From the NCBI RefSeq assembly GCF_009914755.1, contig NC_060925.1: DNA of 64,000 nt; one strand, given 5' to 3'. Position numbers and translations under genes: made by a program. Origin of the DNA: the human T2T-CHM13v2.0 reference genome, Homo sapiens. The notes beneath the pieces are model-generated. The model was given only the letters and a program-made list of their open reading frames with translations, was not told the origin of the DNA and ran no database searches. This document shows, piece by piece, positions 34,936-51,258 of the stretch (its first letter is position 1; every line of letters begins with the position of its first letter).

Positions 34936-36330
34936 CAGCCCCAAAATTTATATCAAACGCAAAAGACCCAGAATAGCAAAATCAATCTTGAAAAGAACAA
35001 AGCTGGAGGGCTTGTACTCCTGAATTTCAAAACATGCTATAAAGCCACAGTATCAAAACACTGTGGTGCTGGTATAAGAACAGAGGGGCAAAGGCATTTC
35101 AATGGGAAAAGAATAGTATTTTCAACTAACGGTGCGAGGACAAGTAAATATCTACACACAAGGAGATACACTTAAGGCTTTTACCTCGCATCACATGAAA
35201 ATTAACTCAACATGGATCACAGATGATTTTGTGAAATGGTCTTTCACACGTGAAAGTTTAAACTATACATTTTTTTAAAACATCAAATGAAACTTTTAAT
35301 GACCTTGGATTGGCAGATTCCTTAAATGTGACACCAAAAACAACCTAGGTAAGGAAAAACTGATAAGTTGGATTTGACCAAAATTTAAAACTTTTGCACT
35401 TCAAAAAACATCACCAAGACAATGAAATGGCAAGCCACAGACTAGAAAAAAAATTTGCAAATTATGTCTAATACAGAATCTGTATCCAGAATGTATAATG
35501 ACTTCTTATATAATTAAAACAACCAATTTAAAAATGGGCAAAATATCTGAATAAACATCACCAAGGATATATAAATAGACATAAAAAAATGCTCAAACAT
35601 CATTAGTCATATTAGGGAAACACAAATTAAAACAAGAAACCAACGGTTCATACCCACTAGAAAGGTTATAATCAAAAGATACACAATGACAAGTATTGAT
35701 GAGGATGTGAAGAAATGGAAATCCTTATACATTGTTGGGGGGAATGTAAAGTGATGTAGTCACTTTGGAAATTTCTTTTAAACATTAAACATAAATGTAT
35801 GATCTGACCCAGAGATTCCATTCCTAGGTATCTACCTAAGAGAAACAAAAACCTATGTCCACACAAAGACTTAAATGCAAATGCTCATAGCAGTACTATC
35901 ACAATATAAAAAAAAACCCTGAAAATAACTCAAGTGTCTATGAACAGATGAATGAAGAAAATGTGGTATATCCATATAATAGAATATTATTCAGCATTAA
36001 AAAGGAATGAAGCACATGGTATTGTCTCAAAAGATATTTAAAAAACCAGCCAGATGCAAAAAGATTAAATATTGTGATTTCATTTATGTGAAATGTCCAA
36101 GAAAGGCAACTCTATTGAGACAAAAAGTAGACTTGTGAGGTTGGGTGTGGGAATGGGAGTGACTACAAATGGGCAGGAGGAATCTTTAGGGTGGGATGGA
36201 AATGTTCTAAAATTACACAGTAGTGACAGTTGCATAATTCTGTAAATTCACTATGTCACTGAATTGTATCCTTAAAATAGACAAATGTTACAGTGTCTAA
36301 ATCATACTTCAATAAAGTTGTTTAAATAAA
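34936..36330 (+). mobile_element. Old L1M ORF2 3' part and 3'UTR
   Basis: PRIAKSILKRTKLEGL and a typical L1M 3'UTR ending in AATAAA at ~36311. Confidence 0.8.
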
Positions 36331-36904
36331 CATTATATGCATGTATCACCACTTTGATAAAAAATAAAATGACAAAGCCAGAAAAAAGTCTAAGAAAGGT
36401 GAAAGAAGACTGATGGATGCTGTGTATAAAGGTCACCCAGATCTTTTCTTCTCAGGTAGATTCTAGAAAGATGGACGCTATTCTACAAAAACATCTAGGC
36501 TAATGGTTGTTGGTGTTTCCAAGCAAAATTACTTTTCAACCTTAAGAGAAAAAAGCAGTGGGCAACAAGTTACAAAGCCAATAATCTCTTCTTTCCCTAC
36601 ATTCTGGAAGCATTTTCCAAACAGGCAATCTTTTAGCTTGTACAGTATATGACTCTGGTATCTAATGATAGCATATTCTTTCATTTATAATATCGGTATT
36701 TGTGTCAGTGTGGATGTTCATATGGTTTCTAAAGACCAGGCCTGTAAAATGATGTCAAATGTCAACATCTCAATTATCCTTCCCCAAAAGTATACTGACC
36801 ATGATTTACACTGTGGATTCCTAAAACTATTAATCACTGAATGTACTCAGTTCTCAGGTACATTTGAAACAGCAATTTATTCTCAATAACTGCTATAACT
36901 CATT

Positions 36905-37215
36905 TCTTTCTTTTTTTTAATTTTTTTTTTGAGACAGAGTCTCACTCTGTCGCCCAGGCTGGAGTGCAGTGGCACAATCTCGGCTCACTGCAAGCTCCGC
37001 CTCCTGGGTTCACGCCATTCTCCTGCCTCAGCCCCGCCCCGAGTAGCTGGGGCTACAGGAGTCTGCCACCACGCCCGGCTAATTTTTTGTATTTTTAGTA
37101 GAGACGGGGGTTTCACCATTTTAGACAGGATGGTCTCCACCTCTTGACCTTGTGATCCACCTGCCTCGGCCTCCCAAAGTGCTGGGATTACAGGCGTGAG
37201 CCACCGCACCCGGCC
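36905..37215 (-). mobile_element. AluY-like
   Basis: Alu consensus, TSD tataactcatttctt. Confidence 0.9.
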
Positions 37216-37507
37216 TATAACTCATTTCTTAAAAATAATTTAAAAAAACTATATGCTCTTAAAAATATAAACAGTACAAAAATATTTAAAGAAAACTTCA
37301 AGTTCTCTCCTAGTGACCAACGTTAACCATTTGATATACACCCTTGCATATTTTGTCCTTGGTTTAGACCAACAAATATACACAGTTTTATATTTTATTC
37401 CCTCCTCTCTTCCAGTTCATAGAATACCATCTTATGCTATTAACAGACCTTGACATTGTTTTCAATTACATATGAAATAGGGCTGCCTTTTTCTTTTTTA
37501 AAAATGT

Positions 37508-37804
37508 ATTTTTTTTTTCTGAGATAGTCTCACTCTGTCACCCCAGGCTGAAGTACGGTGGCACGATCTCAGCTCACTGCAACCTCCGCCCCCAGGTTTA
37601 AGTGATTCTCCTGCCTCAGCCTCCCAAGTAGGTGGGATTACAGATGCCTGCCACCATACCCAGCTAATTTTTGTATTTTTAGTAGAGATGGGGTTTCACC
37701 ATGTTGGCCAGGCTGGTATCGAACTCCTGACCCCAGGTGATCCACCCATCTGTCTCAGCCTCCCAAGTGCTGGGATTACAGGTGTGAGCAACCATGCCCG
37801 GCCT
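37508..37804 (-). mobile_element. Alu
   Basis: Alu consensus. Confidence 0.9.
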
Positions 37805-38729
37805 TCTTTTTTCTTTTTGTAATGTGATTGCTGGTGGGTCAAAGGATTTGCAAATACAAATTTTAACCGATATTGCCAAATTGCTTCCCCTACAGATTGT
37901 AGTAATTCACACTGTAACCAGCAGTTTGTGAAAGTATCTATTTCTCCACATTCTTGATAGCACTGATCTTTTCATATTTACCAATCTGAGATGAGAAGTG
38001 GTTTCTCATTGTTAAGTTATATTTTTTTATCTATAGCGAAAGGTGGAGGTGGATACTTTCCATGTTTTGGGCCATTGATACTTCTTTTTCTGTGGATTGC
38101 TTGATATATATTAATTTTTTGTCCATTTTTCTATTACTTGTCACTTTATTCGCTCTTTGTACATTAGGGATATGCGCTGAAATATTTTTTCCCAAGTTTG
38201 TTTTCTCAGGCTTTAAAAAAAACTTTGCTCATAATACTATATATATATTTTATATACATATAGTATTTATATATACATAAACTCAGTTCAATCCGAACAT
38301 TTTTTCCTTAGGTTCCTGAGTTTGCTGTTTTTATGAAGGCGGCTTTCCCTAAGATTAGATAAGCCTGTGTTAAGTTCCCAAATATGCTTGCATCTATTTC
38401 TGGAATGTCTATTCCATTTCTCTTATGTATTCTTTCTCATAGCAATGCTATATATTTTTATTACAGTAGCTGTGTAATGTTCTAACATCTGGCAGGACAA
38501 AGACTCCTCTCTCAACATATTACTTTCTCAAAAATGCCTCAGATATTCTTGCATCCCTATTCAACTATATTCATTAATTAGTATATTAAAAATATGTACT
38601 AAATAGGCCCTCTTCCCATTTCAGTGTCTTGTTCTGCCACGCAGTTTCCATCTACTGAGTTTTGAAATTTAGAGCATACAGTTTTAGCAATTTTCCTGTG
38701 CTCCCATTAGGGCCTTCTTAAGCGTAATA

Positions 38730-40107
<1,378 letters not shown>

Positions 40108-40789
40108 TTACTGCTAAGCTAATCAATCTCATCAGCCCCTCACTCATTTTGTTTAGTTGCTCCAACTTTCCAAATTCTTTCCAGCCTCTGGGCCTTTGTA
40201 CAGTACATGTCCCTCTGTCTGCTCTGTACGCATCTGCTTGGTCTGTTTAGACATTATTTCCATTAATGGCCTTCTCCAACCCCTGCTAAATTAAGACTAG
40301 ATTCTCATTCATCAGACCTTGTACTTTTCTACTGCAGCATGTAACTACTGTTTATAAATCTCTATTTGGTTACCATGCTGTCCCCCACTACATTAAGTTT
40401 CAGGAAGACTGTGCTCCTGTCACCACTGCATACCCAATACCTAGGAAGAGTCTAACACATATACTTGAAAAGGAGAATGAGTTCTTTGTATCTGTCTCTG
40501 AACCATTACTAAAAATACATTTTAACAGTGCAATACTTGCAACCAAGATAAGAATGCAGACTTTAAAAGCCCATTCATTCTCTATTAAACAGAAATTATA
40601 TATTCATTATAAATTATTTTTACATGTAAGTCATTACTATCAGTAATTGGCTTGTAGGATAATCTGTATTGTTCTTTATACTTATTGAGTCTAACGATAC
40701 TGCTCCTATTTGAGAATTTTTCTTGAACTAAGTATTACACTACAGAGATAAAGCTCCTTCCTATATACTATTACTAACCTCTCTTAGTA

Positions 40790-40840
40790 GAACAAAAACA
40801 CAATACGCAAAGCATACTAGAAATATTTGGTTCTTTTAAT
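40790..40840 (-). terminator. Probable distal ADSS2 cleavage/polyadenylation site
   Basis: ATTAAA on - at 40840-40835, followed ~25 nt downstream by the GU/U-rich TGCTTTGCGTATTGTGTTTTTGTT. Confidence 0.6.
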
Positions 40841-41907
40841 CAGCTATTCATGGTGTAATAAAATAAATTTAAGTGGCACCTAATTTAACATTTAAAATAG
40901 TTCATTAAAAGATAATCTACAAAACAATGTTATGCCTAATTGTCAAAATAACACCTTTTTTTTTTCAAGAAAGGAGAAATAAAGGCATAATCAAAATTAT
41001 GGCTAACAACGTGGGTTCATTTTGACACTTACAGATGATTCTGTAGGCATATCGGCAGGCACGATGTTGAAAACCAATCCACTAGATTTAAAATTAATGG
41101 TAAGATAAAAAAGAAAAGATACACATTTCAGAGGTAATGTTTGAAATTAAAGAAAAATATCCACCATATATTACAACAGATCTTTTAATGACTATTTTTA
41201 ACATAAAGATTGTTGTTTTGGGAAACATCTATTCTCTTTGAACATTTCACTAAATTTTCAATGTATTAAATAACTGACAGAAATAAGTTCTGTGTTCTGT
41301 ACAAATTAAAGGTCCCATGAATACATAACCCCCTCCCAGCCCCACCAAAGCTCAATTTTGCATGGTTTCAGCAGAAAATAGACAGCCCAAAATTTAAACA
41401 GAATTCATAGCATTACAAAAGTTTACAGAACCCCTATGTTTTCATCATTTGTTTCTAACAACAAAGATTACAATGACAGAACTGAATGATCAGAATGTAA
41501 AAATATTTGTGCAAAACTGCATTAATTGTTCTTACCATCTAATAGGGGTAAAACTTAAGAACACGCAATGACAATAATGAAGAAAAACTACATTAAAAGT
41601 AATTCTACTTTTGATATCAAACAACATGGATTATACTATTACTAAACATTGAAAAAAAAAAACGTGGCACCATGAGAGCAGCAGGAGCAACAAATGATTT
41701 GGCAATTCCAGCTAAAGAAAGCTGACACTGGAATATGCCAAAGTTAATCTCCACAGTAGGCATCCATCTGAAAAGACTGGAAACAACTGTAGGGCTTCAA
41801 ACTTACTTCAGTGTCTTTATTCTTGAATTTGCAGGTCATAAATGAAATATTTAAGAAAGTCTTTTCCCCTCCCTCTCAAGGAGTGTTTCTTGCATTACTG
41901 GCAATCA
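40815..41907 (-). other. ADSS2: ADSS2 3'UTR (distal end approximate)
   Basis: Unique AT-rich sequence after the stop, ending at a poly(A) signal followed by a GU-rich element. Confidence 0.7.
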
Positions 41908-41960
41908 TTAAAAGAGTTGAATCATAGATTCTCTGGATTTACCAACACCAATCCACTTAA
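41908..41960 (-). CDS. ADSS2: ADSS2 exon 13 coding part: (V)KWIGVGKSRESMIQLF*
   Basis: ctag acceptor; TAA at 41910-41908; recognised C-terminus. Confidence 0.98.
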
Positions 41961-43249
41961 CTAGGAGAATACAAAGAGAAAAGGAATTGAATCAATTCAT
42001 CTCTAATGTTCACTCGTTGGGATTAAAACAGGTAGTCCCCTACTTTTCTCAGTATCACCATAACTTTTCCCTATGTGCCTTTTTGCTGTTCTCTATTCTG
42101 TTAGCAGACTGTGCCGATTTCTAAACAGGATGTACAAATAAGACCCAGCACAGGACAGTATGCCTTACTGTTCCCTTTTTAACTGTGCAATATTTTCACT
42201 TTCCTAATGACTTAGGATAGTAAAATATTGACCAACACCAGCAGAGACCTACAGAAAGTTGGTGATCAAGTTCCTGATAACAGGCCAAGATAAGCATCTT
42301 CAACATCTAGATGAGAATATGATTTTAACTTGCACAGCCTCAGAAACTGCCCACTACAGGAGTCTATGGAAATCGAATCATCTGCATCACATGGTTTCAG
42401 ATTATTTGCAGAATTGCCAGCTTCCATAAGGTACTGTTAGGATCAACCTTCGTGGTATTTTACAGATTTTTGTTAGACTCACTGCTGTTTATATTTCAAG
42501 AAAATGCTGACCAAGAGCAGTAAGCAAATATGCTTACTAAATTTGACATCATGCTGGGAGGGGCAACTAGTAATTTGGAAAACAAGAATCATGCTGGAAA
42601 CGAAGCACAAGGCAAAAGAGATTTTACACGGAGGACACATCCCACACACTTCACTTTTTCTTATCTTTCAAATATCCATCAATGCCAACAAAACGATACA
42701 AGGAAAAAGCCATCTGTTAAAAGAATGACTTCACATAACTAGATACAGCCATACGTTGTTATGCCTAACTCCCTCACCATCTTATATTTGTTCTTTAATA
42801 AATAGGCTTAATTATTTTTAAAAATTTTTTCTTACATTTTTTCTAGTGAGATTTCCCATTTTCTATACCAATTATTTCCCAGTGTATATTCAGGAAACTC
42901 CAAATCTCAAGGGTAATTTAACCCAAACAAACCATAAACCATTTTTAACCCCCCAAAAACACACAACATTTTTTGTGGTGGTAGAGATACATGAGGATTT
43001 GTTATTAAGAGGGAGAAGTGAATGAGACAATGTCACAGGATAAAAAAAAAACAGACTAAGAATTAAAGACAGGGTCAGAAAGGGTGAGAAGTAATCTATT
43101 ATCTTCTATTTAAAGATGAGCATCGTATTTACTTTAAGGAATAAAAATATTACTTTGTATCTTCCTGGGCATTTATGCAAATCATGTGCACTCTGTAAAG
43201 TAACAATGATCTTTCCTTTATTCTATTTCAAAGGCACATAGGCAAGTTA

Positions 43250-43586
<337 letters not shown>

Positions 43587-43607
43587 TCACAAAGTGTTTA
43601 TGTTTAC

Positions 43608-43757
43608 CTGGAATTTGAAGCTCATCTTCAATAAATCGAACATAGTTTTGTGCATTAACAGGTAGTTCTTTAAACGCCCTTGCATTTGATATGTCTGTGT
43701 TCCATCCTGGGAGAGTCTTATATTGAACTTCAACTTTATTTAAGACTTCTTGGTTTG
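43608..43757 (-). CDS. ADSS2: ADSS2 exon 12: (A)[49 protein letters not shown]
   Basis: 150 nt, canonical splice sites; PurA PGW...LPxxAxxY motif. Confidence 0.98.
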
Positions 43758-44282
43758 CTAAAAGTTAAAGAGGACATTTATTCATGGCACACACTGTTTA
43801 CTGTCAAACAACTTTTTGATATATTGTAGGTTCAAAATGTCTTTTCAAAATCTTTGGAGCCACATATGTTTTGGGATTTAGAATTCTTCAGGTAGTAGAA
43901 AGGTAAAACAGCGCAAATACCATCTGGAGTAGTATTCTATAATCAAACATATTTCTGCAGCAACGCATATGATCATTTGCTATAAGAGGATAAAGATTAT
44001 GTAATACTAACATTAGTTCAAGACTGGTTTTGCTGCCAAATGAATCTGGGTGCCAAACTTAAAACTTTCCAGTTTTAAAGCTTATTGAATTTCCATTCTA
44101 TTGATTAGGGATTGTAGATCTGCATGACAGCAACTTCACAGAAAGAAGGCCTGCATACCTGCTGTCTTCTGAGAAATCTAGGGTTCTACTTGAAATTTTC
44201 TTCATTATTCTACGTATTTTCTCTGTATCCCCTAATGGAAACTGAACATGTACTAAAGAAAAGTTTCTTTGACTTGAGTCAA

Positions 44283-47200
44283 TACAGTGGATGCTATGGT
44301 ACTCTGCCCAGATTTCTCTCAAGACTGAGAGCTGTGGGAGCTCTGCCTACTGAACCACTCACAGTTCAGAGCCTCTGCAGCACTCGTCCTCCACCAAAGG
44401 GAGCTGCTGCCCCCCAGCAGCCCATATCCATTGACTTGTCAATGTAGGAATAGAAACAACCTGGGCACTTAACCTTAATTTGGGACAACTTTCAAGGGCT
44501 ATGTTAGCTCCAGAGCTCCCTATGGGATCAGTGAAGGCTTTTTTGCAACTATATTGCAGTGCAATTTCTCCCTCTGCCTAATCCTGCTTCTCCCACTCCC
44601 TCACAGATGTTGTTGCTCAGTGCACTTATGAGCTAACCCGCCTATGTGCAAATCTCTACATTGGAGTCTGTTTCCTAGGGAACTCAATCTAAGATAGCTG
44701 GCACCAGGAATGGTTAGAGGAAGATAGCTCTAAAATGAGAACTAAGAGGCAGAATCACTGGCTAGCTGGCTGGCTGGCAATGAGGACTGCCACTGGGGTA
44801 CATAGAGTATGGATAGCCTCTATCTGAGGCACTGAGATTCGAGCACGGTGGAACAACAGAACTGGATGGCTTTTGATGAACGCTATTCACGAACTGGAGA
44901 AAGATAATGAAACCTGTCTGGCAGAACTTAGACAAAATTCCATCTCCTACAGCAGAGAGCAGAAAAAGACAATGATTAAGATGAGAATTCAATCATACAG
45001 ACTGCAAAGCTCCAGAAAAAGCTGAATTCTGCAATCCAGCAAGTTTGCTATGGCAAAGTCAGAGCTTTGTTTGGGAAAAAGTGGGGCCCTGAGACTGAAT
45101 GGGACATCTGAGTTGACATACTTGAAAATCCTGAATCCCTAGATTTTCCAAACTCTCTGGGTCTGCAAAAGGTCCCATTACTTCCTATTAAAGGTTGTGG
45201 CATCCTGTTGCTTGAAGATGATGCAGAGGCCTCTGTCTTGCAAGGCAGCATGTGCCCATCTCACATCCACCTTCACCTTCCCCCTCCTGGCCAGTAAATA
45301 ACTAGGTTCAGGTCCCAGTGTAACCTGGCTAAGGAAGCACTGGGCCTACTAAGGAAGGAAAGGGACTGTATTCTAAAAGATCTGCAGGAACAAGACAACA
45401 TTTGCCAGTAGGTACCAAGAGAGTGTATATGGAACTGGATCCTGAGGATGCTGGGTCAAGGGGGGCAGCAGGTGGTAGAACAAAGTTGAGTAAGACTATA
45501 TTGGTATGGGACTATCCTCTCATGATGCATGACACAGAGATGATGAAAACATACTGCTAGGAATGCTCTTGGAAGCTTAGAAAAAGTAATGAACCATACT
45601 AAGTAGGTATGCCGGAACTGCTGTTGTAGATGGTAGGAGGAATTAAGAGAATCAGTGGGGCTTCCATTTCTAGTCATCATAAAATACACAGTTCCCAACC
45701 AGCTCTCAAAATGACAACTCTTTCTAGGCAGTGAATGACAGGCAGGCACAAAGCCATGGCTCCTGGGAGAGAAAACTCACAAGCAAGTCCAGAAGCCACC
45801 CAACTTTCTGCCTAGGGACCATTTCCTGACCACAGTTCAGAACACTGGTGTCAGCAGAGAATGGCAGCTCCACTGACCTGGGGAGGTAGAGAGTTGACTT
45901 CAGGAAAGCTGAAGCAGCTAGAATCAGCAGCGCCAGGCATCAGACAGGAGCTGTAGAGAGAAGGGCCCCCCAGAAGTCCATGTGAGAGTCCCAAGGCTAC
46001 AGGAGGACGCCACAGGTAAAGAGCAGGACCATCAGAGGCTTACCAGACCTCAGCTGCTACACAGTTGGGGGTGGAACAAAGACTCTAGAAGTCAGTAGTG
46101 CTGCTGAAAAGGAAGGGACAGGGTACACTGGTGCTCCAGCACTGCTGGATTGAAGAGATCTCATTATTATACCTTAACTCTCCTGGTATCCAGCAGAGCC
46201 ACCAGAAAGGCTGCTCTTTAAGAATAAAAGCCACGCCCTTGAGTGAAACCTATTACAAACCTCCCATAATGAAGCCAAAAACCAAGCTCTGCCAAGATCT
46301 ATAGATCTTGGAAACTGACTCATACCAGCTTAAAGTTTGAAAAACATCTTGGGTTTTCCACGTAACTACACACAAAGCATAAAACCAAACTATACAAGTT
46401 CAAGATGATCAGTGAATAATTCAATCGTCCCCTAAAACAAGGATCAACACTATTCAGAGGAAGATAACAGAATCTGAGTCTCTTTAATATATCATCCACA
46501 ATGTCTAATAGTCAACCAATGACTATCAATCAATAGTCATTAGGCATAGAAACAGTGATCCACAACCAAGCAAAAGAATAGTCAAGAGAAGCTCGAGATG
46601 GTCTAAATGTTAGACTAACAGAAAAAAAGTAGCTAATATAAATTAAGCAAATTTCATTGTTATTGAGTGAACAGATAGGGAATCTCAGTAGAGAAATAGG
46701 AAGTAGAGAAGAGAGCTAAATGGAAATTCTAGAAATAAAAATTCACCAGTGGGTTTAAAAGCATATTGGAGATGCTGATCAGAATCATTTACCTCTTCCA
46801 GTGACTCCATTCCTTGCCTGCTGGCTTTGGCACATGAAATCCAACATGATAGGGGGAGCCTTAGCTTAAAGCTTAATGGGACTTTTGCTTCTACTTTCCT
46901 GCTGTGATAGCCACAATAGGGGCTAATTTACTCCACTAACCTTCCTCTTATAAGTTTCCCTAGGAAAGACAACAACCAGAATCCTACAGGAGCTATTCCC
47001 AGAAGGCTGTCAACTTATTTTACCCTCTTTAAGCACTCTCTGCTGCTGGTGGGGAGTACTGCATGTTGCTGATTCATAGCTCAGTCCCTCTCCAGGAACT
47101 GCTCTTGGCCAAAGGGAGCTACCTCACTTGAGGAACAGCTCTTATTTCGTGGCTAGTTGTTGGGAGGCACAAAGCTCTGGCTACTAGCCTCAATTTAGTA

Positions 47201-47374
47201 TAACTCTAAAGGGCCACCCTAGCTCTGTGGCTCCCAATGGGATTGGCTGCACTGTATTTCAACTAGTCCCTCTGCTTCTTTCATAAGTGCTACTGCTGAA
47301 AGCATTCTCTACTACACTTCTTGGATACAAATCTCCATCTCAAGAGTGGTTCCGGGGGATCTTGACCAAAAACA
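44283..47374 (+). mobile_element. LTR16/ERV3-16A3-type provirus remnant in ADSS2 intron 11 (5' LTR 44283-44696, 3' LTR ~46990-47374), interrupted by an old L1 fragment ~45680-46780
   Basis: Two similar LTR bodies ending in caaatctc...gagt...ggga.c..a.c.aa.a(t/c)a; ERVL-type leader gctggcaccaggaatggttag directly after the 5' LTR. Confidence 0.7.
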
Positions 47375-48305
47375 GCTTTAAAATTAAACACATGAAATGG
47401 AAAAGTTTTATGTGTTCTGTTAGTTTTTAATAGTTTAATTAAAAGAATTTGCTGTAATGTTCTAGAGTACATTACCATAGATGACAGACCTTGCCACATG
47501 TCATTATACTTGGTTAGACTGTTCTTTTTCGTGTTTGAAGTTATAACTCTTGAAATAGCTTTGTAAATAGAATTAAGAACCAGGACATAACATATACTGG
47601 AACAGCCAGTTTTCCAAGTGAATATTGTCCTACAATGGCAGTAGATACTTTTTTATAAGATATCTAGACTCCCTCTATACTTACATACATGTAAGACAAG
47701 GAAAGATAATATGCATTTAATTTCTAAGAACTTAGAGCTAACCTTAATTCCTAAGAAACAGAAGTCATAAGGTAGTCACAAAACCTACCAGCTCATCAAG
47801 TTTTATTAAGCTAGTCAATATTCCTTCATTTGGCATATTCCTAATCCTTATCAAATGACTACTATAGAATAAAGGGCAGAGAAAGTCATTCATGGGGCCT
47901 GAAGGATAGGGAGGGCTAATGTACTGAGAGCCAGCTTAACAAGGGCTCTTCTTACCCCTCTTCTTATTCACTCTCAAGAGTGGCATACTTCCCCAAGGAA
48001 GGAAGAAACACCTCCATGGAAATTGCTTTCAAAGGAGGGAAGATGAGACTCAAGAGCTGTATGGCTAGGGTCAGAGGTCCATGTTTTTTCTTTTGAGTTT
48101 GAGCACATGCTTGTTGTGACCCAACACCTAAATAAGTATTAGCTATGAACCAAATAACTAATAATAAGTGAGCAAATTTGCACTAATCATAAAGGGCATA
48201 TCAAACCTGTCGCTATCTATCACAAATTATATGGAAGAGCTTTATGAAACTGCTCTAATACATTCACCTTATAATATCCTTTAGATATTGCCTAAAAGAA
48301 AATAC

Positions 48306-48403
48306 CTGGGATATGAGGTATGATTTCACCATCTAACTTGTAAGCAACTCCAACTTTGATTTCCGTAAACATGTCCAAAATATCCAACTTGGTAAGTGCC
48401 AAC
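48306..48403 (-). CDS. ADSS2: ADSS2 exon 11: [32 protein letters not shown]
   Basis: 98 nt, canonical splice sites; GTP-binding TKLD motif. Confidence 0.98.
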
Positions 48404-48649
48404 CTAATTTTGGAAGAAAAGGCAATGTTAAAAGAGCAGACTCTTAAAGCCTCTAATATCTAATTTGATTAATGCAGGAGTAAAGAAAAATTCATGCAAA
48501 GCTTAAAGTTCTAAAGCAATTCTGAAAACTGGTTAGGATTATATTTTAAAGCGTGCCACACATAAGACGCTAGAGGACAATATACACTGAGTTACTTTGC
48601 TAGTAATTGTAACAGATTTTCACTGATGAATTTTGCTTAGCTTTCTTTT

Positions 48650-48945
<296 letters not shown>

Positions 48946-49952
48946 TCAGCTTTCTTATGATTGATGAACAAACAACATGTATTTGTGGGAGGGCTGCCTG
49001 GAGTTAAGGTTGCACTGTGGCCGTGGAACACAGCAGAACTCACTACACTACATGGATGATTAAGATACATGTACATTTACACACATGCCAGCATCCCTCA
49101 ATTCTTCACTCTGGTTACCATCACCTCTACCCTTCTGGTCAGAAATTGTCAAAGAGTGAGAAAAACCACATCAAGGACCTCTTCATGATACATCAAAATT
49201 TCCCGACAAACTGACTGGAAAACAGGTTTTAAAGAGAAAATCTGCAGAAATTAGATAACAAACTAAATTTGGGATTCTCGTCCAAAAACTGTATTTTTAA
49301 CTTTATTGTTATTTACTGGAAGTTCAGTCTAATACAGATATGAATACATTTATTTACCTATTCATGTATATGTATTAATAACAACTTAACTTTCCCTGAG
49401 CACTTTCAGTTAGCCAGGCAGTGTGCTATAGGCTCTCACTACGTTTCTCACCTAATTTTTAAAATACCCCTATGAAGTAGGTAATGCTGTTATATAGATT
49501 TCAGAGAGGATAAAACAGAGGCAGAGGATGATTAACTTGCTCAGCTACACAAGCATAATGCACAGATCTGAGATCTGAATCCAGGAACTCAGACATTAAG
49601 CCCATGCGCGGATCACTAGGTACATCGCCTCCCGGCTGTACATGCTCATGGTGTCTGTGCTACCCACCTGTCTATCTGTCCACCTATCTGCCTACATACC
49701 CTATTCTGCCTGCCTCTATACTTAGAGTATCACGATTCTTTTCAACAACCTTGGATGTCTAGGAGGATAACTTGGGATCTCTCTCCTTGTGTACCCTTCC
49801 CCCTATATCTTGGTCTACTTCTGCCTGGCACTACAATTTCAATATGGAGTCTAAAGAGTGAAATTTTCCTATTAAGGTACTCCACAAAATTAAACCTATG
49901 GCCATTAATCATCTATGATTTCCTGAAATAAATGTTTCTGAAGAATACTCAC

Positions 49953-50077
49953 GCAGTAAATCCATTGATCATATGAGCATATTTGAGCAAAACGAGGTCC
50001 AACCAGCCACATCTTCTTTTCCTTCCAGTAGTTACACCAAACTCTCTACCCCTTGTTTGTAATAATTCTCCAATTTC
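49953..50077 (-). CDS. ADSS2: ADSS2 exon 10: [41 protein letters not shown](A)
   Basis: 125 nt, canonical splice sites; aspartate-binding loop GxTTGRxRRCGW. Confidence 0.98.
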
Positions 50078-50627
50078 CTACAGAACAGAAAATTGAACTT
50101 TAGGATTAGAATAGCAGTGCTATATATCTGGTGGAATAATATATGCTAGAGATCATAGCAAAGCCTCTTTGAGATAAACATCTTTCAGGTAATAACTAAA
50201 TTGAAGATAGAATTCCACAGAGATGATGAATTTTATCTGAGGGAGGCATTATTTGGAATGCTTCATTTATTATCATTTTTTTATGTTAATATTTTTTACA
50301 ATGTTATACAGATAACTTCCTAAAATTTAGATTGACAGATTAAGAAAAAAAAGTATTTATTAAATAGACGAATCCAGCCAGTTCTTCCAAGAGCTGTAGT
50401 TTGATGCTTTTCCTGAAAACCATAAGGCAAATGTATCTAATAAGTCATTGATATCATAATGCCCTTCTGAAGAAAACTAAGATCGAAAACATGCTCAAAT
50501 ATCTAAGCTAAGGTCACTCCCTACAACTTGTTTTTCCTATGATCTACCGAAGTCCTTGATTTGCCCCTTTCTGCTTAAAGCTATCATTTCATTATCTCTT
50601 ATATTCTGGCATCATTATAATTACATA

Positions 50628-50945
50628 GTTTTTGTTTATTTTTGTTGACTTTATTTTATCTTTTGAGACAGAGTCTCGCTCTGTTGCGCCGGCTGGAGTG
50701 CCATGGTGCCATCTCAGCTCACTGCAACCTCTGCTTCCTGGGCTCAAGTGATCCTCCTACTCAGCTTCCCCAGTAGCTGGGACTACAGGTGCATGCCACC
50801 ACACCCAGCTAATGTTTGTATTTTTTGTAGTGACAGGGTTTCAACATGTTGCCCCAGCTGATCTTGAACTCCTGGGCTCAAGTGATCTGCCTGCCTCTGC
50901 CTCCCAAAGCACTGGGATTACAGACAGGGGCCACCACGTCCAGCC
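50628..50945 (-). mobile_element. AluJ-like
   Basis: Alu consensus. Confidence 0.85.
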
Positions 50946-51072
50946 AAAATTATGTATTTAAGAAAATGTTGTTCTGACCAATCTTGCAAATTAAGTGAAA
51001 GGCACAGGAGACAATAATTCATTAAGAAAAAAAAGAAGAATGAATTTTTAATACATTTTGATTATTTACTTA

Positions 51073-51258
<186 letters not shown>

